In this document: positions 1 through 6,057 of the stretch, in pieces
How the letters are laid out: every line of letters begins with the position of its first letter
Position numbering within the stretch: the stretch's first letter is position 1
Virus genome (UHGV): UHGV-2124687
DNA: 13,465 nucleotides
Direction: 5' to 3' (one strand)
From: a virus
The notes under the pieces: generated by a model
The model's input: the letters and a program-made list of their open reading frames with translations, nothing else
The model's database searches: none
What the model was told of the DNA's origin: nothing
Translations under genes and position numbers: made by a program

Positions 1-1472
1 GTGGTGGCGATATCTATGATCAGCAGCGGGGTTACTTCAGCGATGAGGTGGCCGGTGCAGGTAACTACGCCTTCCGCTTCTTCTTTACCCATAATGTCAG
101 TACGTCCGGAAAGCAGGTCGTTCAGCGCGTGAGCAATCTCAATTTCGCGGGCATCCATCGGCAACCGATCGTCTTCATGATCGGTCACTTCCGTTTTTTC
201 ACCTTCATTTGAGGCGCTATTGGCAAATGCCGCCTCCAGCTCTCTGTCGAGTTCCGCAGCGCGAGCAGGGCAGACTGCTGGTAATTCAGTTTTGTCCTGT
301 AAAGTCTGTTCGGTTTGATCATTGTGAGATGTCTCATCAATTTTTTGTGGCAGCGGGGCGGATGTGCGGCCGCAGGCGATATCAACAATCAGCGGATCTG
401 GATTGGCGTGATCTGACTCAGTAAGATTTTTATTGATGTACTCGCGCAGCTTTACGGGGTCGCGGTAGATATCCTCCGGGGAGGATTTAATAAGGGCGAT
501 AATTGCTGCCTTTGAATAATCCAGAATACCGGGCGTGCGGCGGAACTGTTTCCACCAGGCGGTAAAGCGCTCATCGGTGCCGGTTTCTTCCATTTTTTTT
601 GCACGCTCATGAACAGCATGTGGCAGTTCGTAGATGTCGAAATCCATAGCAATACCCAGAATACCAAGGCACGTCTCATGGCGCAGGGTTGCCAGCGTAT
701 GGGGAAGAACGCGATCGGTTTGGTTTCCGCCGCCCAGGGTGCAGCCTGATTCGGTGTGCGTCTCGTTGCCGGTTTCTGCGCTGTCTGTGGTTAATTTGAC
801 GGGTTCGCGTTGCGCGGGCGGAGTTTCGATCCACTTAACAATCGGCCTTTTGAAATCGGGCCATTGTGCCGTTTCTTTGACAGTTGCACGCAGATGCGCC
901 AGCAGTTCTTCCTGACGTTCCGGCAGCAGCGCCAGCACGCGAGATTCCCGGGCGATGGCTTCAGCCATTTCACGAGCAAAACTGCTTTCTTCATCGTTTA
1001 CCAGATCCATTACCTGACCGTATTGATTGGCTGTGATTTCCTCAGCAGGTCCAAACAGCACCAGGCTGGCGGCGCGATAGTTAGCTGGTAACGGTCTTAC
1101 CGCTGTCATTTTCTCTGCGGTTGCACCATCGTTCTGCTGGCCATCATCAGCAAGTTCAGGCTCAACCAGCACGCGTTCAGGTTTGCCAGCTTCAGCATTC
1201 CAGACAATTTCATCTGAGAAAAAATCAGGAGTTAATACGCCCATAAGTTCAGGTCGTGGGACGTCTTCGATGTCCTCCCATACTTTAGGTTTGAAATAAT
1301 CATCAGCAAGTTCTGGTGCAAATTGCAGAAAAATTCCGTGTAACATCACCTGTGCCGCGGATTTATTTTTTGCTCTCACAGCGCCAGCGTAAACGGGAAG
1401 GTCCTTATTTTTATCAAGCGAACCCTTTTTAGGTTCGAGCATTCCAGAAAAAATATTTAATTCAATAGTCAT
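1..1472 (-). CDS. recE: Exodeoxyribonuclease VIII (RecE)-like protein, N-terminal 490 codons; partial, continues past the left edge
   Basis: ATG at 1472-1470, preceded by GAGG (1481-1478) at 5-nt spacing. I checked every plus-strand triplet in register 3,6,9...1470 and found no TTA, CTA or TCA, so the minus frame is open to the window edge. The translation starts [17 protein letters not shown]. It contains ...GGGNQTDR...[24 protein letters not shown]...[15 protein letters not shown]...[28 protein letters not shown]. This closely parallels the E. coli Rac RecE segment as I recall it (GGGNLTDR...SMDLDIYNLHPAHAKRIEE...LDYSRAIVVASVKE...[28 protein letters not shown]). The ORF is absent from the supplied track because it has no stop inside the window. 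Confidence 0.7.
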   Translation of the reverse strand, partial: [490 protein letters not shown]

Positions 1473-1479
1473 AACAACC

Positions 1480-1680
1480 TCAATAATGTTTATGTGAATG
1501 GCGCGCATTGCCTCTGCTTAAATTGCAGCGCCGCGGTTCATGAATTTGTTTGTAGGAGATAGCATGCTCAAGGCTACAGAAATAAGCAGTCACTACTCTC
1601 TTATGCATTCTCTTTGTTGATTTATACATGGAGTCATCAGAACTCCATTTTTTGCAATACGGACAGCACTCAAGTGTCAC
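1480..1680 (-). CDS. Small zinc-ribbon protein of the early-left operon (CxxC ... FCS-type motif)
   Basis: 66-aa ORF with a GTG start, preceded by GGGAGGG. It contains CPYC and the motif YFCSLEHAISY, which resembles TRASH/FCS-type zinc fingers. Its stop overlaps the SD of the recE-like gene. The position matches small genes such as ydaE/racC upstream of recE in Rac. The start codon is uncertain. Confidence 0.45.
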   Translation of the reverse strand: MTLECCPYCKKWSSDDSMYKSTKRMHKRVVTAYFCSLEHAISYKQIHEPRRCNLSRGNARHSHKHY

Positions 1681-1805
1681 TTACCCTCCCTGCATGGCTG
1701 GCTATGACAGGGCCATCATTGATAGATATAGTTAGCCCTGCCAGTTAAGACATAAATAAAAACTCTCTTAATTGTTTGAAGTTATTGAAGGGGGTAAATA
1801 AAAGT

Positions 1806-1991
1806 TCAGCGTAAAAATTCGCTAATATTAACCCTCTGGTCGTTAACTATTTTGGTCATTACTTTGATGAAACACATATCCAGCACCGCTTCATCTTTGT
1901 ATTTTTGAACGCCGGTTATATCAGCCACAGCTTTTTTATATTCAGCTTCAGCTGTGCGCCGGACAATATCTTCTCTGGTAAATTTAACCAT
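1806..1991 (-). CDS. Hypothetical early-left protein (61 aa)
   Basis: The internal ATG at 1991 (MVKFTREDIVRR...) overlaps the stop of the upstream gene (AATGGTTAA), which suggests translational coupling. The longer track ORF (to 2063) would overlap the upstream gene by 80 nt. I recognise no family. Confidence 0.5.
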   Translation of the reverse strand: MVKFTREDIVRRTAEAEYKKAVADITGVQKYKDEAVLDMCFIKVMTKIVNDQRVNISEFLR

Positions 1992-2178
1992 TGGCACGCA
2001 CCATCCTGAGTAAAGATTCCGTGTGATCGAGAGCTGCCTTCTGTTGTTCGTAAAGTGCTTCAAGTTCAGTTGTAAGGCGGTCGCGAAAAACAGGAACGCT
2101 TAACTGATAAATAAAATTATTTACTGAGCTTTCCACATCAGGATCCTCGTCCGGTATAACTGGCTGTGAATTTTTCAT
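1984..2178 (-). CDS. Hypothetical acidic early-left protein (64 aa), first gene of the leftward operon
   Basis: ATG at 2178-2176 (MKNSQPVIPDEDPDVE...) is preceded by GGAGGG (2187-2182). Upstream in-frame starts of the track ORF (to 2244) fall inside a terminator hairpin. I recognise no family. Confidence 0.5.
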   Translation of the reverse strand: MKNSQPVIPDEDPDVESSVNNFIYQLSVPVFRDRLTTELEALYEQQKAALDHTESLLRMVRANG

Positions 2179-2190
2179 AAACCCTCCGGT

Positions 2191-2220
2191 AAAAAAGGTG
2201 CCCATTGTGGGAGATGGGCA
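2191..2220 (-). terminator. Intrinsic terminator immediately upstream of the first leftward gene
   Basis: Read on the minus strand: TGCCCAT-ctcccaca-ATGGGCA (7-bp stem, 2220-2199), then CC and TTTTTT (2196-2191). It ends 3 nt before the SD of the 2178 gene. Confidence 0.6.
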
Positions 2221-2255
2221 AAGACCACGCGGCACACACAGCAATTAATCACATC

Positions 2256-2321
2256 TGCAAGCGCACTCCGCCTGTTTCACGCCTGTCACCCATAACTGGT
2301 AAGTGAAGGAGTGCGCTTGCA
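2256..2321 (-). promoter_or_regulatory. Long perfect hairpin (14-bp stem) in the leftward leader
   Basis: TGCAAGCGCACTCC (2256-2269) is the exact reverse complement of GGAGTGCGCTTGCA (2308-2321). The 38-nt loop can form an extra inner stem of about 7 bp on the minus-sense RNA. No U-tract follows on either strand. Confidence 0.5.
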
Positions 2322-2333
2322 TGTTGCGCCCTG

Positions 2334-2383
2334 AAAAAGGCTGGCGGTTACCGGAAATACACGGGAAAACACCGGGCCGCCAG
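2334..2383 (-). terminator. Second (upstream) intrinsic terminator on the leftward strand
   Basis: Read on the minus strand: CTGGCGG (2383-2377) pairs with CCGCCAG (2347-2341), with an inner CCGG/CCGG pairing. CC and TTTTT (2338-2334) follow. Confidence 0.5.
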
Positions 2384-2545
2384 AACAGGGGTCTACTTCT
2401 TATTGCTTTAGCCTGCTTTTAACCACATCAGGCGCGGTGGATCCTGCTATTCCCCAACAGTCAGGAATGCGATAATCTGGACATCCGAGGTAGATTGATC
2501 AGATGGTCAATCATCAGCCAATTCAATTGCAAAGGCACATCGACC

Positions 2546-2809
2546 ATGGTTTCACTTATTCGAAATAAAGGTAATACATCCACGGGTGTGCACATGCTTC
2601 AAAGGTCTGGCAAGCAATTCAAATTCCGCTGCGATATGGATACTTTGAAACGCCTGACATCTAGAAGCGTCAAACCAGAATTTGAGTATCTTTTTCGTAA
2701 GCGAACTGATGGCGTTTATCATTCAGAACTTTTTGATTCAATTGAAGAAGGAAAAATTGTTCTTTGTCAGTTTGTTCAAAGAGTTACTGGAGAACCATGT
2801 ACCGCCTGA
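2546..2809 (+). CDS. Orphan hypothetical protein (87 aa from ATG 2546; track ORF starts at TTG 2495) between the leftward operon and the repressor gene
   Basis: This is the only sizeable ORF in the AT-rich stretch 2495-3050. It runs opposite to both neighbours. A good plus-strand terminator follows 54 nt downstream. The SD is weak, so the start is uncertain. I recognise no family. Confidence 0.4.
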   Translation: MVSLIRNKGNTSTGVHMLQRSGKQFKFRCDMDTLKRLTSRSVKPEFEYLFRKRTDGVYHSELFDSIEEGKIVLCQFVQRVTGEPCTA

Positions 2810-2862
2810 ATATTGGTTAACTCAGCTACCTATGATCAGAATGTCCAGATTATTAAAGAGCG

Positions 2863-2892
2863 AAGCGTCCAGTAGGGCGCTTTTTTGTTTTT
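2863..2892 (+). terminator. Intrinsic terminator of the 2546-2809 transcription unit
   Basis: AAGCGTCC-agta-GGGCGCTT forms an 8-bp stem with one G-U pair, followed by TTTTTTGTTTTT. Confidence 0.7.
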
Positions 2893-3053
2893 GGCCCTGT
2901 ATCGCCAGGGTAAGCGGAACATTTGATTCTGAGTAATCACTGCGTGTGGTTACTTGATGGAATAAGGTTAAGATTGCTAACCAAGTTTGGCAAGTTGTTT
3001 TTGGTAATAAAACTAAACAAAAGAGACGTAAGAAGATAACTTACTGAAAAAGG

Positions 3054-3461
3054 TTATTTTTTTTCTGTTCGTTTGCGGGCTTTTAGGAGTTCTTCGAAGA
3101 GCTGGTTGAAGTTTTCAACTCGAGCCCGGAGATTTTGGATTTGAGCTTGTTGCTCTGATTCTGGCAAAGAGCGATAGAGCTCAAGCATCTCTTGTTCATC
3201 AACGCTTAAAGTTCTCTGCTCTTCAATTGAGACTGGTTCTGCAGGAGTCTGGTCTTCATCACCAAACAAAATCCAAGTAGGGCTGCACTGGAGCACCTTA
3301 GCAAGTGCATGCAGGTTCTTACCTGAAGGCTCTGTGTTGTCACTTTCCCATAGCGAAATAGTGGCGTGCGATATCCCGAGAGCTTTTCCAAGATCTCGCT
3401 GCGTTAACCCAACATCTTTGCGTCGACGTAATACTCGACGACCTAAAGTTTCACTATTCAT
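3054..3461 (-). CDS. CI-like prophage repressor, HTH (XRE/Cro-CI) domain only, no S24 peptidase domain
   Basis: 135 aa. The N-terminal part (LRRRRKDVGLTQRDLGKALGISHATISLWESDNTEPSGKNLHALAKVLQCSPTWILFG) is a classic XRE HTH. The remaining ~65 aa are a charged helical tail (…EQQAQIQNLRARVENFNQLFEELLKARKRTEKK). There is no room for a LexA-like autocleavage domain and no matching motifs. The gene is divergent from a cro-like gene. No SD precedes the ATG. Confidence 0.8.
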   Translation of the reverse strand: MNSETLGRRVLRRRKDVGLTQRDLGKALGISHATISLWESDNTEPSGKNLHALAKVLQCSPTWILFGDEDQTPAEPVSIEEQRTLSVDEQEMLELYRSLPESEQQAQIQNLRARVENFNQLFEELLKARKRTEKK

Positions 3462-3543
3462 GTTTAGATATCTTAATTCTTCTTGACTAAAGAATTCTCA
3501 CCAAATAACCTTGTTAAATAAACTCAACAAACGAGGTTGCTTA
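3462..3543. promoter_or_regulatory. Divergent PRM/PR-type promoter-operator region
   Basis: 82-bp AT-rich spacer between divergent repressor genes. It contains the perfect palindrome AGATATCT (3466-3473). It also contains the dyad AATTCTT-N8-AAGAATT (3475-3496), which encloses a consensus-like -35 TTGACT (3483-3488). I could not place the -10 elements confidently. Confidence 0.5.
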
Positions 3544-3783
3544 ATGTACAAAATTGATGCCGTGAAATTTTTCGGCACAAACACTCAAGTGGCACATGTT
3601 GCTGGCGTCGACCGCTCTGCTGTAAGTCAATGGAAAGAACTTGTTCCCGAGCGCTGTGCTCAGCGTCTCTCTGATGCCTCAAATGGCGCACTCATCTACG
3701 ACAAAGACGTTTATGACCGTTACCGCCAGGCCAAACGCCTTGGTAAACAGAATACCTGCATAACCAAGAAGGAATCTGATTGA
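3544..3783 (+). CDS. Cro-like / YdaS-family DNA-binding protein
   Basis: ATG 3544 with GAGG 7 nt upstream. The 79-aa product (MYKIDAVKFFGTNTQVAHVAGVDRSAVSQWKE-LVPERCAQRLSDASNGAL...) matches the YdaS/Cro pattern (..AVSQW....vP..ra..ie..T.G.l). It sits opposite the CI-like gene. Confidence 0.65.
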   Translation: MYKIDAVKFFGTNTQVAHVAGVDRSAVSQWKELVPERCAQRLSDASNGALIYDKDVYDRYRQAKRLGKQNTCITKKESD

Positions 3784-4259
3784 TGAAAATCAACGAGATT
3801 AAATTGCTGGCCATCGAGCTGGAAGAGTGGGCGATGAAGGATGGCAGGAAAGGGGGCTGGAAAAAGATAGTCCCGCTGATTACAGCGCATCACTACGGTG
3901 ATTTGCTGGACAGCCTGACAGATATCGTGGACCCGTCAGAGTATGTGCGCCGCCTGCATAACAACACGCAGATCATCCAGCGGGCATTTCGAAATGACAC
4001 ACCGAACTATCGTGGCCAGGCAGCTGCGCTGGCGCCAGCAATCAAAGCTGCGATGGATGCAGAGCTGGCTGGTCAGCATGACTTACATAACCTGGTGGCC
4101 ATTGCGAACCGCGAGTGCATCGAGGCGACCAGTGCAGTGCTGACTGGTAAGCCAATGCAGGTAATCCGCAAAGAAACGGCAGAGGCAATTCAGGCTCTGG
4201 CCGATCTCATCCCCGGCGTCAGCATTCAGTTCAACCATATTGGTCCACGCGCGGCGTAA
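3783..4259 (+). CDS. YdaT-like protein (CII-position regulator)
   Basis: ATG 3783 overlaps the cro-like stop (TGATG). The 158-aa product lies directly after a YdaS-like gene, as in Rac ydaS-ydaT. Its size and position match the YdaT family, which has been reported as a CII functional analogue. The family assignment is from memory only. Confidence 0.45.
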   Translation: MKINEIKLLAIELEEWAMKDGRKGGWKKIVPLITAHHYGDLLDSLTDIVDPSEYVRRLHNNTQIIQRAFRNDTPNYRGQAAALAPAIKAAMDAELAGQHDLHNLVAIANRECIEATSAVLTGKPMQVIRKETAEAIQALADLIPGVSIQFNHIGPRAA

Positions 4260-4271
4260 CAGGAGGCTCCC

Positions 4272-4514
4272 ATGCTTGCCCAGGAATTAGTAGACCGCAT
4301 GAAAAATGCGATGAAGCACAAAGTACCGGCGGAGACAGTCGATCGCAGCGCTGAAATGATTCCGGGGATGAAATACCGCAACGAACGCGGACGCATGGTG
4401 ACGGTAATGAGAGTTTCTCATCTTCGGGTTATGTACCGATACGAAGGTTATCAGGACATCTGCGAGACCAGCCGCAGAGAGTTTGATTTGAAATTTAGAA
4501 AGGTGCAGTCGTGA
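4272..4514 (+). CDS. DUF4222-like small protein
   Basis: Strong SD AGGAGG 5 nt upstream. The 80-aa product contains YRNERGRMVTVMRVSHLRVMYRYEGYQDICETSRREF, which resembles the DUF4222 pattern found between cII-like and replication genes of enterobacterial prophages. Confidence 0.5.
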   Translation: MLAQELVDRMKNAMKHKVPAETVDRSAEMIPGMKYRNERGRMVTVMRVSHLRVMYRYEGYQDICETSRREFDLKFRKVQS

Positions 4515-5605
4515 GCAGCAAATTACACGGTCTTGTATGGGAAGGGTGCGCTCCTGCTGGATTGGGAATTTCCCGCGTTGCGCTTATGGCCCGCCTGGCT
4601 GATTACAGCAATGCTGACGGCATATCGTGGCCAGCGATTGAGACGCTCAGGATTGAGATCGGCGCTAAAAGCGATACGACAATAAAAACTGCTTTAGCTG
4701 AGCTTGTTAAGGGCGGCTGGATTAAAAAAACAGAACGCAAGCTGGGTGGAAGAAATCTGACAAATGTTTATCAGATTGATATCGCAAAACTCGAAGAAGC
4801 GGCAGCAGAGGGGCGTAAAAAAATACGGGAAGAGAGAGCCAAAAAGAAAGGTTCCCGTTGCCTGCCAGCAGGGCAGGAAGATAAGGCGTCAATTTTTGAC
4901 CCGTCAAATAATGACCCCTTAAAAGAGGATGGTAAGGGGGCAGATTTTGACCCGTCAAAAATTGAGGGGTCAAAAATTGGTGAAAACAGCGATTTAACCC
5001 CCCCAAAAATTGACCCCGATCCGTCATTAAAACCTGATCCGTCATTAAACCCCACACATAACACGCGAGGGGGAGAGGTCGAACCAGTTCATAACAATCC
5101 GGTTCCTGAATATCCCGGACAGCCTGGTATGAATTTTCCCGCCGGAGAGTCATTTGGGAAGGTCCCAATGACCATTGACTGGAAACCGTCGGCTGACTTT
5201 CGCCAGCGCGTTGGATTCTGGGGCATAACGATCCCGGATGGACTGAACCTCAGAGGCGAGCTGAACAGCTTCATTGCCTACTGGCAGCCAGAGAATAAAG
5301 TTTTTTACCAGTCGCAGTGGGAGCAGAAATTTGCCCGCCACCTGCAACAGGCCAAACCCACTAAACCGCGAGGTAACTCACATGCAGGACTGGATCCAAA
5401 CTCCACAGCAAACGCAGCTGTACAGCGAGCACGCGCAGCACACGCTGCACAACTCCGCGCTCGAGGAGAAGGCGTGGAAGTTCTGGGTTCTCATGCTGGA
5501 AATATACTCCAGCCGGTGGGAAACCAAAAACGGATCGGCTCCGTCGGACCTATGGATTGCTCAGATTGGGAATTTGACCAGCGACCGGATGACGAGCGTC
5601 TGTAA
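4511..5605 (+). CDS. Replication initiator (lambda O analogue): N-terminal winged-helix domain plus DnaT-like C-terminal domain
   Basis: GTG start overlaps the upstream stop (GTGA). The N-terminus (SRVALMARLADYSNADGISWPAIETLRIEIGAKSDTTIKTALAELVKGGWI) is a wHTH typical of phage replication proteins. The segment IDWKPSADFRQRVGFWGITIPDGLNLRGELNSFIAYWQPENKVFYQSQWEQKFARHLQ parallels E. coli DnaT as I recall it ([20 protein letters not shown]...[31 protein letters not shown]). The true C-terminus is uncertain; see the overlap finding. Confidence 0.75.
   Translation: MSSKLHGLVWEGCAPAGLGISRVALMARLADYSNADGISWPAIETLRIEIGAKSDTTIKTALAELVKGGWIKKTERKLGGRNLTNVYQIDIAKLEEAAAEGRKKIREERAKKKGSRCLPAGQEDKASIFDPSNNDPLKEDGKGADFDPSKIEGSKIGENSDLTPPKIDPDPSLKPDPSLNPTHNTRGGEVEPVHNNPVPEYPGQPGMNFPAGESFGKVPMTIDWKPSADFRQRVGFWGITIPDGLNLRGELNSFIAYWQPENKVFYQSQWEQKFARHLQQAKPTKPRGNSHAGLDPNSTANAAVQRARAAHAAQLRARGEGVEVLGSHAGNILQPVGNQKRIGSVGPMDCSDWEFDQRPDDERL
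4893..5050. repeat. Iteron cluster: probable phage origin of replication inside the initiator gene
   Basis: TTTTGACCCGTCAAA occurs at 4893-4908 and 4945-4960, with internally inverted half-sites TTTGAC/GTCAAA. Related copies are ATGACCCC (4912-4919), the inverted GGGGTCAAAAAT (4966-4977) and ATTGACCCC (5009-5017). A tandem GATCCGTCATTAAA lies at 5018-5031 and 5036-5049, each copy carrying a GATC site. This region encodes the low-complexity linker FDPS...FDPS...DPSLKPDPSLNP. Confidence 0.7.
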
Positions 5606-6044
5606 CGCGATGGTTGATCGCTGTGCGGCGGGTAATTCATGGCCACCTGACCTGGCTGAGTTCGTGACGCTGGTGGCTGACTGTGACGGCGGGAAGCTTG
5701 GACTGAAGGTTTCGGACGTTATGGCGGAATACAGGAACTGGCGCAACGAATCTTACCGTTACGCCAGCACTGAGGAATATTTCATTGACCGCAAATGTAA
5801 TCCGGTCCTGTACCAGATTTGCACCGAACTTCGCCGAACTGGTGTTGAGCGACAAATGACCCAACCCGAGCTGGAGAGACTGGCTGCGGACCAACTGGTG
5901 AAGTGGGAAAAACACCTGGAGGATGGCAAGCCGATCCCTCCGGTAAGAAAACAGATTGCGGCGCCGCGCCATCCGGCAGGACCGACACCCGCGCAGCAGC
6001 TGCTTGAAGAATACAAACGCCGTAAAGCGGCTGGCTTAATTTAA
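5382..6044 (+). CDS. Lambda P-like replication protein (helicase loader)
   Basis: ATG 5382 (MQDWIQ...) has GAGG 9 nt upstream. Two segments parallel lambda P: GNSWPPDLAEFVTLV (lambda NRPFLPSPGQFVAWC) and MTQPELERLAADQLVKWEKHLEDGKPIPPVRKQI (lambda LTDAELRRKAADELVHMTARINRGEAIPEPVKQL). The track start at 5274 would lengthen the overlap with the initiator gene. Confidence 0.7.
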   Translation: MQDWIQTPQQTQLYSEHAQHTLHNSALEEKAWKFWVLMLEIYSSRWETKNGSAPSDLWIAQIGNLTSDRMTSVCNAMVDRCAAGNSWPPDLAEFVTLVADCDGGKLGLKVSDVMAEYRNWRNESYRYASTEEYFIDRKCNPVLYQICTELRRTGVERQMTQPELERLAADQLVKWEKHLEDGKPIPPVRKQIAAPRHPAGPTPAQQLLEEYKRRKAAGLI

Positions 6045-6057
6045 TCTGGAGAATTTT

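Noticed and set aside
185-1091. Track ORFs 185-388(-), 209-424(+), 452-679(-), 634-915(+), 791-994(-) and 810-1091(+)
   Set aside because: All lie inside the 490-codon RecE-like frame, either antisense or in other registers. Their Arg/Cys/Pro/Ser-rich translations are typical of off-frame reading.
2325-2340. GCCCTGAAAAAGG, which matches 13 nt of the lambda nutR boxB (GCCCTGAAAAAGGGC)
   Set aside because: The 3' half does not complete the boxB stem (AGGCT rather than AGGGC). The motif is on the plus strand, whereas early-left transcription is on the minus strand. The A-run is better explained as the complement of the U-tract of the minus-strand terminator at 2334-2383.
2682-2936. Track ORF of 84 aa
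   Set aside because: It overlaps the 2546-2809 ORF out of frame. It also contains the strong plus-strand terminator at 2863-2892 within its coding sequence.
4893-5050. Possible CRISPR-like or tandem-repeat array
   Set aside because: The repeats are short (8-16 nt), irregularly spaced, partly inverted and lie inside a coding linker. This is an iteron origin pattern, not repeat-spacer architecture.
4722-5347. Minus-strand ORFs antisense to the initiator gene (4722-5168, 4771-5064, 5089-5274, 5150-5347)
   Set aside because: They are antisense to a gene with clear wHTH and DnaT-like homology. Their open frames are partly a by-product of the iteron repeats.
5561-6016. Minus-strand ORFs antisense to the P-like gene (5561-5746, 5637-5972, 5759-6016, 5782-5988)
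   Set aside because: They are antisense to a frame with recognisable lambda P similarity. Their composition is typical of GC-rich off-frame ORFs.
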